From Acanthaster planci (lineage: Eukaryota), in assembly GCF_001949145.1 (NCBI RefSeq), contig NW_019091358.1, positions 3,876,238-3,940,237 of the forward strand: 64,000 bases of DNA, read 5' to 3'. Numbering within the stretch: position 1 is the first letter of the stretch; every line of letters begins with the position of its first letter. The position numbers and the translations under genes were made by a program. Shown piece after piece: positions 38,501 through 53,500 of this stretch. Below the pieces are notes generated by a model. That model saw nothing but the letters and a program-made list of their open reading frames with translations. It was not told where the DNA came from and searched no databases.

Positions 38501-41500
38501 ACTGTACATGGTACATGCATGGGGTTTGTAGCTCTATGGTACATGTAAGGTGTCCCACTATCACCCATTCACCTTATTCAGGGCATGACCTTTATTGAGG
38601 TGTCAGTGGCTACAGAATCCACACCTCGAGGCCATCAAATCAACCAATAAAGTGATCCCATGGCCACTGAATATGGACAACAGAAACCAAATTATGAAAC
38701 CTGAATTGATTTAGGCTCTCAAACAGTAGCAAAAAAAAAATTTGTTGCAAGAAATGTGATTATAAAGAAACTGCAAACTTGGAAATTTTTAAAACACATG
38801 CATTTCACATTTCCTGTTAGCACTCCGAAACTAACAAGATTACCTGAGTCTGCATTTACCGGTATTTCTAAGTGAACATTTTTTTCTACCTCTATGCTTG
38901 GATACAATTGCACAAGAAGGTCCGTGACACTCTTCAAGATGCACAAACACACTTGTCCGGTGGATCACTTTCATCTTCAAGTATGAACACTGGCATACAG
39001 GATCCTTTAATCCACACCTCGGGGCCACTTGGATATGTCAATGATGAGGCCCAAGCGCCACTGAACTTGGACAAGCGAGGTGAAGCAACACTTTAAGCAG
39101 TCCAAAAGCCCCACAGATAGATATCTCATTTCCTGTCAATGCTCTCAATACCTGTGGTAATTGCTTTAATTATAGGTAACAATGACAGTCGTTTGTGATT
39201 CTGTCCACTGTTGGAATCTCAGAAAAATACACCCAACGCCTGGAAGATAAAAATTCAGAACTATCTCTCAGGTTCTGCTTCTGACAGTTTAAAGGGATTG
39301 GGCATTACTCTTTGTAAGACAAATGTAAAGAGATATTTGATCTTTGGTGATCTTATTTTCTTATGAAACTTATTTCATGCACGAGAATGGAATTGTTTCC
39401 AACTTTGTTCACCAACTGTGCTGGAACAACATGTGCTCAAAACCTGGGGGCAGTTACATGCACAAAGGGCCAAGATGATTTCGCTCACTTTCTCATATTC
39501 CTGCTCTGACATTTCAAATCTGTCCCATCCACTTGAAAATCAGCATTGGAAAGCTAAAATCAAACCAGGAACTACATGTAGATTTTGATGGAATGAAAGA
39601 AAAGAAATTACATGTACACGTACATGTACACACATTTAAGGTGTGACTTGACTGAGAATGGCTGGATTTAAGGGGGAGCCATCCGCAACTGCTTTTTAAA
39701 AAATTGCAACGTTCTCCAGGCAAGGATGTTCTGGCAACAAAATTACTATGGCTTATTGAATTCAACGATAATTACAGGATAATGTTGGGGTATTAAGCGG
39801 TCCTGGTGTCATGTCTCAATGTTCCCATAGGGCTTCTTTTCCTCTTCTTTACAAATGCTAGAAAATTCTGCCCTAGCTGAACACTGATGGGACTTCTCAT
39901 CTTCATGCAGAGGAGGCATGGACAGCTATTAAACATCCCATCAAATTTGCTGTATGTATGTTTTATAAACTGTGGCTGAGTACATGTACCATTTACATGT
40001 ACTGATAGGGGGCACAGTCAATGATGATATCATAATAATCATGACGATAATTAGTGACAGCAGAGATGTTAATGTTGATGATGGCACAGATGAAAACAAT
40101 TTGGTCAAATTGACAGTAATGACGACATCATCATTCAACTAAATCAGCATTCCTACATTTCTAGTTGAATTTAAAGGGGAAACAAGGTTTCTAACCTTCT
40201 TTATCATTTGAAAGGACAAAGGAACATACTGCACCTGTACTAGTATCCAGACTCAATAGACATGTAAGTGTACAATGTACCTCTTTAAACCAAACTGGTG
40301 CGACATGCATGTCCACAAATCAAATTAGTTTATTTTCAAAGGGCTCTGCTTACATACAATGTGCCTACATTTGACCAAAGATGCTCACTAAAAAATAGGT
40401 TGTGTAAAACAGGTCATGTACACTTTCATCATGTAAAGTGACTTTTCCGGCCTGCATTAGTGGGCAGTATATTTACCGTAACAAAATACAGCTTGCCATT
40501 GCCTGAGCAAACTGTTTAGTCTCAAGTGACAGAGCAGTGTGACACAGAGTAGGTGATGGCAAGATGTGGAAATGATGTCGACATGGTGTAATATGGCCCA
40601 ACAGAATACATACAGGTACATGGACATTACAGAATACCTCCAGAATTTTTCAGCGGTTTCTTCATGCCGAGACAAAACAGATTGGATTTGCCTCCTGGTG
40701 CCTGCATTATGGTCAAGCACAGTACCGGTACACGTGGTACATGTACCGTACATGTACTCTTTTTCTCAAAGACAGTCTTTTAAACAACATCTCTTGCCTA
40801 AAAGTGGACTCTGCATGTGTGCCAGTGCGTGTACATGCAATTCCTTAGATGGAATGAGTATCGTCAGAACAATGAGGCCACTAACTCCTGGTGTGGAATT
40901 GGCACTCCAAAAAAATAAGAGGCCATTAAAATAATTAATGAAATTCTGAACCTCACCACAATTGTGGAAGAGAAAGCAAACGTCTTCTGCATAAAACAGA
41001 ATTTTCATTAGAAGCGTGCTGCCATTCACATAATGGGAAATGGTTTATCGTCCCATGTAATGCAGTCTGTCATTTTGTAAGAATGTATTGTTAACCTAAT
41101 ATGCATACATTATTAACACATGTACATGTGCATGCATGTACATACATGTGCGGTATGTCCTGGTTGTCACAGAGCCCATGTACATGTACACGGGCAAGTG
41201 GTTTGTGTATTTATGAACCTGACAGAGACCTATACAAATTGCCTATCCATTAAGGACAATATGGTAAACCTGGCACCAAGTTACGATCATTTACACAGCC
41301 AACAAGCCCTAAGGTGGGGATAGGAGTGGACAGACATTAAGGTCTGTATGGCCTGTATTTAGAATCATCCAATACTCCGTCAATATTACTCCGTCTTCTA
41401 ACCATTTGGACGCTTACTGTTACATGTTTCCCAGTGGAACTACATTCCCAGTGGACAAAATCAATTCCAGGCCCTTGGAGGACGTGTACACATTCTCACA

Positions 41501-44500
41501 CTGAAGGCAACTGAACCTTCAGTGATTCTACTCGATTGAATTAAGCAATCTACCGGGATGTGTGAACGGGGCACCAGTTTTAGAAACGTCTTCTAATAGA
41601 TGCCTGATTAATACCATATATAAATGTGTACATTTATACAAACGCGTGTGCACAACCGCTGCTGGTAAACTGCAGTATATTTGTAACAACCTACGGTACA
41701 AAGTGCAATTTCAGGACACCTTGCACCAAAATTTATCGTTCCCAAGGATTCTTTAAGTAAGTTGATCCATTGGTGAAGTTCAGGCCATGGTGATTATACC
41801 ATCCATGTAAGCTCTTTACACATGAATACCAAATGGACCACGAGGAACATGGGCTTGGGACGCGCACCCTGTACATTGTAAAACTGAGAGAGACAAGAAA
41901 AGAAATGCCCTCTTCAGTTGGAACTCAGAACCTTTCAAGATTGTGACCTACTGAAAACTTTCTAAATCTCAGCTGAATTCTCAGTAGGTTGTTACTGTCA
42001 ATGAGGCAATTTGAAAGGCTATAAGCTGTAGGGCGTAAGGTTCCAAAGGAACAAACCAGACACATACATGCATGTACGTGTACATGTACATGTAAGGTAC
42101 CGATAGTGTGCTGTGGAATTGCCCCGAATTCTACCACACAAAGGTTTCTGAAGGCTCACATAAATTTGTGCTTTGCTGTGTATGCATATGTACATGTACA
42201 CGTACAGTCATGCTTGCTCCATGGGCAAATGGGAGGGAACGTAATGATAACAGATTGCATACATCTACATATACCGGTACATGTACGTCTACAAGTGTCA
42301 ATCCTAACTTGCTAATTAGTACACCAGTGAACATATTCTTCAATTTCCAGGGGCTTAAACCACAATGTTTTGACAGTGGCTGTTTTCAACCTTTCTCAAT
42401 CCAGCAAAATCCTCAGTGAATCTCCTGACGGATTTTGAAGGATCAGCGGATAATTAGGGTTAACAAACACCTTTCATTGTCCATGGGCCATTGCACATGT
42501 ACATGTAATTGCACATTGGGCTTTGGATAGGTCTATTAATTGATGAACTTTTTCCGACAACTCACCTTTCACTGTCTATGGAAACCAGTGGTTGCTCACT
42601 GGGTTGTCTATCTAGAGCTGTTGTTTTCCAGGGCACAGCTAGTCTGTCTATTGAGATGAGGGCCGAGCGCCGAGGCTGCTGATCTACCAATGAGGAGTTG
42701 TTGCTCTGTTGCCGTGGTTTCTTGGGACTTTCTCGTTGACTGCCTGCCTCCCGCTTTCTTGAAGCTTCTCTTTGTTTTTCTATGCAGAAAAGTAGAGCAC
42801 AAATTGATGACTATTAATGTCTCATTTCAATGTCAGGGGAGGCATGCATATAAAATCAGGGATTCAGTTTCAGGTCTTCTTTTATTGCTACAGGATTAGC
42901 TTGTGTAAAGTCAATAGCATCAGATGGTGTCTTTTCCACTTTCTGAATGAATAACGTCATGAAAGCATAGAGTGGGAAGAAATGGGCATTTCTGTTTAAT
43001 GTTCTGACTGCTTGTGTCAAAAGTTGGGAGGCTCTGTAAATTCATGATTTGGTATGGACTGAACCCGTCTCAAATCTTTGAAATTTGTAACTGCATGTAC
43101 TTTACTTTGCATACATACAAAGTAAAATGGATTAAATACTCCCTTTCTTGCAAAACATACAAGTACCATACATACATGTATGTACCTCTCCAAACTATTG
43201 GGAAAAAAGGCAGACATTTCAAATAAATATTGATAAAGTGCTTATTGTTACAAGGGCAAGTGCCATTTCTTTTTTGGGACAAAGTCTCCCATCTGGAAGG
43301 CATGTCCAATTCATCCATGACCAAAACTTTAAAAATAGCCCATGCTTCTGTTGAGGGCATTCAGAGAAACTGACACAGCAGTCTGTCAATTTTAATTCCA
43401 TGCGCCTGTCCCTCCCTGCGCTGTTCCATTCAATATCACGTTACTGTTCTTCTTGTTTCCCCGGTGCAGGAGTCAAATTTCAATAAACGGACCTCTACTC
43501 AATAAAAGTTGGTATTGGACGAGTCGGGCATGGCCCTCGGCCAACCATGATGCCTTTGTGATAGCCGAGAAATGCCGACAGTGATATTTTGCAATATAAA
43601 ACTCCAATCCTGAGATCTCTGGTGGGGAGGGAGAAGAGGGTGGGTGGGGGGGCTTGAGACGATGCAGTGAAGTAAAGCCACGGCAGCAAGAGTGTCCACA
43701 CGTACTGGACCTGCACGTACTGTCAGCGTGACTTCAACGACAGATATTACATTACTCTCCCCTCCTTCCCTCCCCTCGTTGTTGGGTGACTAAACCTCAA
43801 GATCGTTTCATGGCTATCGGATCCTTTTAGCTCTTTGCCACGACTCCTCAGCTCAATTAGCAAGGAGCAAACATGATCCTATGCGAGAAAACTTCTTTAA
43901 AGAGGAACAGACACAGATAACATTTATGAGACCAATCTGGCAGAATGTTGAAAATGCTATGATGTGCTGTGCACAGTACAGCTTGCAGTACTGGTCAGAT
44001 GCTACATGTATGTAACACACATGTACATGTAGGTACATGTACATGTACAAGCACAATGGGTGTATCTGCCCCTGAGTTGAAGTGCACCACCAAGGGGCGA
44101 AGGAAAGACAGATGGCAGGACATGTAAGTTTTCCAAGCAGGTTCTTGAATGCGTTCTGCGTGTACGCAAAGACCATAAATTCTGGAATAAATTTGTTACG
44201 CGCACTCAGCGTGCTCTGTGTCAAAAGTGCAATTGATCTCCATTATAAATGCGCACCTCTACAGTGAGTTCCCCCCCAAAAAACACTCCCTCTTTTGTTC
44301 CACTGGGAGAGGATACATGTAGTTGTGCATATTCTATTCTGCTGTATCATTACATTTATCAGCAAAACTCACACATGGCACATGTATGCCCGTACTTTTC
44401 CTGTGATTTGACTATTCAGTACCTTTTTACAGATTTTTCCTACAAACCAACTTTCAAGGGAGGATAAAGGACGATGGATGAGCTGGAGACAGGAAAGCAA

Positions 44501-47500
44501 ACCATTCCTCTGTTATTCAAATTTAATGCAATAATTCACATTTCACCTGGAAAATCGTAAGTATCCTTTTGCAAAATACTGTATCAAGCTATACGCTGTG
44601 TATGTCCATGTACATGTATGTATGCAGAATATTAGTGGAAATCTCTGCTCACTGCTCTCATAAGCCTTCTGTCTCTGTGCACATACATGTAAAAATGTAC
44701 AGTACATGAGTGGCTTCAGCATTTTGGCCACGACATTATTCCTCCTTCATTCACATGCTGCAATAAACATGCAATAAATCCTTGTACCATGTTAACAAAA
44801 AATTGTTCTTCCACTGGATGTTCAGCCAGTGTAAATTTTACTGCACACACTCCTGACATACAATATACATGTATACCGGTACTCTTACATGCGTATGTAC
44901 ATTTAGGACGTACCATAAGGTTATAAATTAACTGGCTAGGTGTATATCACGACAGTGGCATCATTTCACCTTTTACTAAGTCCAAAAGGTCTGTATGCTT
45001 ATCCAAAGTTTGCCAACAAGAAAGCCATGCATGCTGTTTGTATGCATGTATACATATGTACATGTACACGCATGTATATGTACATGTACGTGTACATGTA
45101 TTACACAAGTACTTATGCATGTTACTGCTAAGTGGCTTTCGCTTAGAAGGGGTAGGGACATCGAAAGCTTAATGGGTTTGTTACATCAATCACGGCTTGC
45201 TAAGAGCAGGTGCACAGGGTACAATTTACAAGAAGTGCCTGATGCTACACAATCTTAAAGTGGGCAGGAAACCAGCGTGAAGGCATTCTGATGTGCCCTG
45301 GAGACACTTGTGACTGGTGCAAATTAATTTTACTTGTTTTCATTTCTTTCAGTGACCTGCGGGTGATGGACTTGTTTCTGGTGGGGACTATGCTCACAGG
45401 AGGAACATTACATGTACATGCACTGTAGTTTGTATCAACAGTTGCCTGTATTAAATACATGAACATGTACCTTAGAAACTACATGTAGCTACACATATTT
45501 TTGTCGGGGATGTCCATTTTTTGGTCGGTAAAAGCTGTTTCTCTGTTTAAAATTTTCAACTAAACTAAAACACAATGTTTACATGTATATTTTGCAGTCT
45601 TCCTTGTGTATAAAAATGGGACGAGTGCTCATGCAGACCAAATTCTGAATTTGTTTCGGAGGATTGGGATACCATTCCAGCTTGAATAGGCTCCACTACT
45701 GAGTATTCATTACAGTCAAAAGACAACAGACATGACAGAAGGCAAGTGTGTGGGTGGAGTTTTCAAGCAATAAAGTCAGGAAACAAGAAAAATTGTGAGT
45801 GCTTAAAAGGCAGAAATCTGTTTAAAGCCGAGGGCAAGACAGCCACACATCTTCTCTGCATGTTTAACTTCCAAGCACTCTTCACCTTGTCCCATCTACT
45901 GGTACTTGATGCAGGCTCTTGGTTCTTGGCAATAAATCCTGGGCCTTCATCCTGGCAGGGATGCAGTGGAGGCTCAGAGGGGCTGGAGAGAGCAGGGGAG
46001 AGATGCTAAGACCTTTATTGATTCGTCTTCCTCTCTCAGAGTGTCTCCATCCTAACTCTTCCTTTCTAACACCCCCCCGTCAGAAAACAAAATATACCGT
46101 ACACAGGGGAGTGATAGGCCCCCTCTAATCAGTACCCCTTCCCCCCTGCCACTTCCTCAAGAAGCTGACATCTATCTGTTAGCCCGGGTGCTTATAAACA
46201 AGCTCCTTGAAAGAGGAGAGCAGGGAATCGTCCTCTGTTGGGATTTACTAAAGAACGAGGAATTATGACTGAATCTTGGAGGGCTTTCTTTATTTTGGAG
46301 ATGTGCCACTGGCAAGATGGGACTCATCTGATTATTTGTGGCTGTCACATTCATACTGTCTTGCTGCGAGCAAAGGAAGACAAGCTTTACATATGTAACC
46401 CTGATTTGTTTGTAATTTGTGAACAACGACTGTGATGATACGGTAGGTTTGACTAAAACAACTGCGCAGAAAAAAAAACAGGAGAGACTCCCACACCCAT
46501 TTCTCACCTTGCATCACTTGTATTACATGTACAACAATAACACGCAAAGATGTACAGTAAAGTACCCCAATTTGAGATGTACATGGACATTACTTGTTCA
46601 CGTGCTTACTTTCGGGAGATATATGTACACGTATTGTCATAAAGTTGAATGCAAACCTTGATGCTAATGAACTCTAATACAACAAAACCTAACTCAACTA
46701 GACGTTGCAAATATTTCATTTCCATGTAAACTACATTTGTATTTAACTTTTCTGCTAATGAACTCTAATACAACAAAACCTAACTCAACTAGATGTTGCA
46801 AATATTTCATTTCCATGTAAACTACATTTGTATTTAACTTTTCTGCAAGATCAAAGCAGTCACTCTCTCCCACTTACCTCCCTCCACCCAAGTATTGTAA
46901 AAATGTGTACTTATGAGGTCAGAGACAACCATTTTGCCCAATCAGCTGTCAGAGATTCTTGCCTGATGAACGGAGTAATAATTGTAAAGTGCTTTGTGAT
47001 CATTATGATCAAAATGATGGAAGGTGTTGTTTAAGCATTACAATCATATTGGAGGACATGAAATCTTTACGTGACATTGAAATGTCTCTCTATTAAAGTA
47101 ACCATAATTACTAAAACTGTCTCCCTACGGGCACACTCATTATTTTAATATCATTCTAATGCTTAAATAGCACCACCCATCATTTTAAATGATCACAAAG
47201 CACTTTACAATGACCATCCCGTTCATTAGGCAAGAACCTCTGACAGCTGATTGGGCAAAATTGTTCTCCAACCTCATAAGTACATGTACACAATACTTGA
47301 GTGGAGGGAGGTGCATGTCAGAGGGAGAAAGTGACTTGCTTAAAGTCGGACCATGTTACCAGCCATTGGATTCAAAACCCAAACCCTCTGATGACGAGGC
47401 ATACCGGTACCGTTGGGTACATGTTAAACCCTTCGTGCAGGTCATCACCCACATACATGTACAAATCCTAACATGATGGGCTTTTGAGCTTTGATAATAT

Positions 47501-50500
47501 TCCAAAGGTACGACGAACATACCCGTGTAGGCAACCATATCATAATCAAGGTTTGCTTCAGTTGACATCAAAAACTGGTGTGCATGTTTCCAGCCCTTCT
47601 TACTTGTGTGGGCCTACACACTCTTGACTACCGGTACAAAAATGCTGTGTACAATTGTACATGTACTTCCATTTTTCCTTTTTATATTTGTTCCATAAAT
47701 TTCCTTAAAATATACACAATGTACGGTCTTTCTCCATCTGTTTGTGTGGTGCATGTACAGATGGAAAAAGAACGTTCAATGAATCCCTTCTGATTTTTTT
47801 TCTCTCATCCTAGAATACTCTGTGCTGCAGCACAGAGTATTCTCTGTGACATTTTCACAAAGGTCTTCACTCAATCAACCATGGCCTCCTTACTTTGCAG
47901 TAGTCCAGTATTGTTATTAATGTATACATATTGTGCCCAGCGTACATGTGCATTGCATGCATTAAGGTCAATTGTTCCGCACATGTACATGTACCGGTAT
48001 ATGCATGCACGAAAATGGTTCTGTAGTTGAGGGGGCTATGGGCAATACAATGGCACATTTTTGGTCTCCACAACAACTTCAAATGTGTAACAGGGGTAAA
48101 CTTTTGTAGCCTCAACTTGGCCTCGACTTTCCAAACCAAAGAGACTGTCTCTTTATTGCCGTTACAGCCTAAGCACAGTATATGCAGCCACAGATCAGAA
48201 TCAAGTACACGTACAAACCTGAACCCTGAACAATCATGCAGCAAGTCTCAAAAAGGGATTTGGGTCTGTCCACACTAAAAGACACATTTTGCATGACAAT
48301 CAATACAAATTTCCAACTGTAAATTTAGCCATTATTTTTGCTTACAACCCCATAAGTTTGCTTACATCAGTATTCTGATTGTTGCCACAGAAAGGTAAAG
48401 ATAAATTGACCAGTATTTGAGAAATTACAGAAGTTTATTCTTGAAGATATAACATTTGTCACTTCGACAGACACTTGTTTCTTAAATATGAAAATTAAAT
48501 TCAAACCACAATTTAGAATTACATGTACATGTAACTGCAATGTATTAAATACTCTTTTTATGTTACTTTTAGAAACTTTCATTATCTCAGAAAAACAATT
48601 CTAGTGTAGAAAACACTGATTTATTTATTGCAAGAAAAAATGCACCGCTTGTCACCGGACAGACATCACGTTTGTCACATAATGGTAATATTACATGTTT
48701 ACTAATTTTATGTATTATAATCATTGTCGTTTTAATATCGTGTCTAAACTGTTCTTAATTCAGCCTATAGGCTACTATGGACGGTCAAATAAACCATAAA
48801 TAATATACATGTACATGTACATGTACATGTTGCAATGTGTGGACAGACCCATTTGGCACTTTCTTTCATCTACTCGTACATGTACAAGTACCAATTTTTC
48901 CAATTTTTAACATTTTTTTAAAAGCTGCAGATTTGGTGCTTTGTCTCAGAGTTGTAAAGAGTAAGACATCCTTAACACATACTACATCTACAGGTACATG
49001 TACATGCATGCTTGTCTTTCAATAACAAGAACGCTTGTCAATTTAAAAATGGCCTGTAGTAATTACCAGTACATTACATGTACATGCATACATTTACATT
49101 TATATTGTGCATGAACCCACATCATTTTTTTCTGCTGTGGTCCCCATAAACTGAGGCATCCTGTTTTTGGATAATGAGATATATTTATTACTCTGTGATG
49201 CACCCAAAATGAATGAAATACGGTACATCAGACAATGATGTGAGAGTGTACAGACTGAACACACAGGGAATACACGTACATGTATATGCCAATGTTCATA
49301 AAAACCAACAACCCGGTAATCCCCTCCTTAAGAGGACGATTTGAAAACTTCTGCTTTGACAACTGTTCAGTCAGTTTCATAAAACTATATGTACCAAAAT
49401 GAGCCTAGTAGGAACAATACATGTAGGTCTTTTTGACTATAACAAACGCTGTGTGTAAAACGGTGTGGGGCTAAAATGTACTACCATAATAGCCTGCCTT
49501 ATTCAGGACTCTTCCCAGAACTACTCACCTATGAAATTAGTTGGCTATATTCTATAACCCTGTGAATAAATAATCAGGAAGACATCAGGAGCTCAGAGAA
49601 ACTAGGCAGTTCTAATAAATACCCCACTCAACTGGATGACACAGTCAGTGTGCAGCATACCAGATAGCTCCATTGCAAAGTTTTATTTGCAGCTCGTGTC
49701 AGGTCTTGGACCTTCCAAGAGTTTGCAAACATTCGCGAGTGTTCGATACATGTCGTAACCCTAGAAAATCTTGACACAGTTGTAACACAACATCCAACTT
49801 CAAAGATGACATTTTAAGGGAGCTTCTGTGAAAAGTAAGTTTTTCTGTGCGTCTTAACAAACACTGTCCCTCCAAAAAAAAAACTCTTTGAAAAACTTCT
49901 AAAAAGATGGAATGGCATGGTTATCAAATCAAATCAATCAAATTACTCTGAAATGATCTCATCGGGCGACAAACGTCACCTCTGATGCCCCTTGCCAAGT
50001 GAGACATACAAGGGAGAGAAGTCTACAAAAACTCAAACACTTCAGTCCTCCTTTAAGACATTCATGCAGTTTTTTTCCAATCCCTACTCTCTGTTCCTCA
50101 AGGCATCCAGAGCAGATTCCGTATTGATTTCTCTGTCTGTGAATGACTATTATCATGATCCAGTCCGCCTACACACAGAATATATGTACATATAATTTTT
50201 TTTTTCACAGATGGCTTAAGGCTGTCAAAAGATGGAGATCCAGACAGATGTGCTATTCATAACAGCCCACACAATCACACCAACTCTGTAACTCAGCAAA
50301 CATCTTTTGAGCAAATGTTTTTTCATGCACTGGCATTATCACAACATGGGGTGTTAAAAACGTAAAAATTCCAGGACGATCTCTTGGAGTTTTGTAAACT
50401 TTTAAAAATGTCTCAACAGCAACGCTTGAGAAATAGTTTCTCCAGAAATTTCATTCATACATGTGGCATTCATACATGTGCCATGAGTGCCATGGAACTT

Positions 50501-53500
50501 GTTCTTGGTCTGAGAGCCTCTTCAAATGTCCCCTTAATGGGCACCTTCTATTTCAACAGTATCAACTACTTCCAAGGAATGACAGCCACCCATTAATTAG
50601 CCACTGGTGCAGGGTATGTGCAATTACACTTGACAGCAAGGACTTTGGGTTCTTGCTCTACATGCAGTTAAACAAATGGATTCACCTGTTCGGACACACA
50701 CATACATGTAAGTTGATTCAACTGTACATATCTGCATGGCAAAATTCATGTTTCAATTAAAGTCAGCCAACAAATAATGTCATCAGGAATTGAATCAACT
50801 TCTTTCCCTGGTTGGCCATGTTGAATTGAAAGCGGGGTTAACTTTCCATTTAGGGAACCTGAGAGTAAAAATAGAAGCAATGAAATGACAGCTCATTGCA
50901 AACTAATGCCGGTTTGTACTGATAAATCATTTAAAATTTGCGATTGATTGGATCTAAATGTTTAAAGCCCCTTAAAAAAGGGGGGGCTGGGGGGTTGGGG
51001 GGAGGGGCTGGGACTCCAGTAGTCTTGCACCAGCCTAACAGCTCACACAGAATTAAATTCAAGGAGCATCATCGAAAATGGCTTCACCGTGAACAAGTTT
51101 TATTGCGGCAAACGTGACTTTTCCTCCTTTTTTTCCTGACATGATGCAATAATCCAGATGAGGCTAACCACAAATTCAATTAAAGAGACACCCAGGCCAC
51201 TGAACCAAGAGAAGAAAAATCCATGTTTGTGTTTCAGAGACAGAGCCACAAGGGAGACGGGAAACACTGCAGACAGGCTAAAGCCATAGTTACGCATCTA
51301 TGACAATGTTTAAGCCAGAACAAAATATGAAAAAAAATTGTAATAGATTTGCGAGTTCCAGGTGAGGATAATTTTACTGCGTAAGTGCAGTTATGAAATA
51401 GAAAGTGTACATGTATAAAATCCAAATCGTTTTATTACATTTTCTTGGTTGCTCTACACAGTACTGAATAATTAATTTTAGGACCGACAACGGAACGATT
51501 TCTGTCTTCTCTTTTCAACGATATAAAGCCAAGTTCAGGGAATTTGTCTCATAATTATATCCTGTGTCATCCTCCTCTGATTGATCTGTCTGCACTCTTT
51601 AATGCTAAGGATTTTTCTTTATGCTCCTTTGCCTTTTGGCTCCATTGGGTCTAGTCTCTGTGATTGTGGGGGGGGGAGGGAGCATAGTGAATGGTACAAT
51701 AACGTCAGGAGAGATTACTATTGATGATGGGGAGGATGCTACTGTCCGCTACCATGATTCTACTACGGATTCTATTCTGTGAACCACTGCCCAGATTGGA
51801 CTGAGAAAGGAAGTGCTTATTACATGGCAGAGGTTCATGGGTTCTTGGGGAACACGATATGCTGTAATACATATACCCCCGTCCCCCGACAAATACAGTC
51901 AAACACACATAAGAAGAGCACTGTTAACGTTTATAACAAGGATAGTTTTAGATCCCAAGTCTTTGTGTGTCTTTGTTTCCATGACTGATAATACAAGGTA
52001 ACTATGATAACAATTTAAGGTAATTTGTGAAGTCCCAAGGACCTTGTTGTACATGTACATGTAACAGTTATTTTACTGCTTGGTTCTAGAAAGTCAAGGA
52101 ATCAATGCAAAGAGTTTGGACATGTCGGACATACACCGATACAGAAACAATCCAACTGCAGATGGAAGGACAAAAAGGCTCTGTATACATGAATGTGTAA
52201 GTGCAGATAACCAACCAGAAAACATACTACCGGTACAACATCACGCATAGTCGGATACATGTATAAACACACCGGAATGTACAGCTCATAACTTGCTAAA
52301 ACATGCACTGTGTGCACAAACCTTTAGCCTACATGTACATGTATGTATTAATTACCGGTACACATAATACATTGCACTTTCATATCAAGAACTGCACTTC
52401 ATTTTTCCTTTTTCACAGTGTATGTAAAAACTGCTCCTTTCACTGAAGACTACCGGTACCTTTGACAGGTTACCAGTGAGACATGTACACTGTATGGGTG
52501 GGTAGCAAGTGCCTGGATGGCTAGCATTGCCCTGATTTGTTGTTGAGATGGTTTTTCAGCATTCAGACCACTGCTATTGGGTACTTCATGACAGTAAACT
52601 GTACATTTGCGTATTTGTACATGTGCATGTCCATTTGGGGATAGTGAACCGGTACATACACATACATGCGCATGTACTTTGATGGATCGTTTAGGAATGA
52701 ATTTATTTAAAAAGCAGATTTTTTTTGTACACTGAAAATTACAGATGTATTTAGAGGACCAAGAATTCCCCTCTTCACTTCTTGCCTGGCATTATAGAAT
52801 TTCAGGTACATGTACTTGTATTATAAAAATGCTTGTCTAAAGTTCTACATGCTCCAATTCATAACCAGCAAATACCAGTACGTACAACGTACATTGTACC
52901 CTGTACATACATGTAGGGAATGTTCAAGGATCATTTGATTCCCATGCGATGCAACTTATGCATCTGAATGCATCAACTCTGACCAATAAAGCATGGAAGA
53001 AACTTACACCAGAAATCTCATGTGGCAAGGTGGTGTGCATAATTTGTACATGTGCACAAATGCATCGGGCATCCATGTACCACTAAACACGAACGGCTCT
53101 TGATGTACATGTATTTGTGCACTACAGCTGGTCATGTTATTGCATAAAATTTCAGTCCATGATTTTTACACACAAGTTGTGCATGATGAAACAGCTCTGA
53201 ACAGTCATCGGACCATTAGACACATACTGGACGTATACTGCAGCAATCTCCCTATCCTGCTACATGGCATGTACCACTTGCACGGAAACCCTCCTGCAAG
53301 TGAGACATTCCATCTTTAAGATTAAAGATTCATGGTGTTGAGACGCCAGGCCGTTCACAGCTTGGACCCGTTGGGAATGGGCATCAATTACCCTGCAATG
53401 AACACGGGGTGCTCTCCCTCCTACTCCTACGGCCTACAACTCCTGTGCTTAATTAGGCGGTCCCAAGTTGATGCGAACTTGTGGAAATCTACAAAAAAGT

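Noticed and set aside
38145..39075. Three TCCACACCTC-containing hairpin-like segments (~38163, ~38618, ~39011) as a snoRNA or miRNA cluster
   Set aside because: There are no consistent C/D or H/ACA boxes and no clean pre-miRNA stems. Degraded fragments of a dispersed repeat are more plausible.
45886..45951. 66-nt minus-strand exon-like segment (DEGPGFIAKNQEPASSTSRWDK)
   Set aside because: The donor (gtgaag) is weak, and in the phase-1 intron the segment yields an immediate TGA. It is not needed for the FAM219A alignment.
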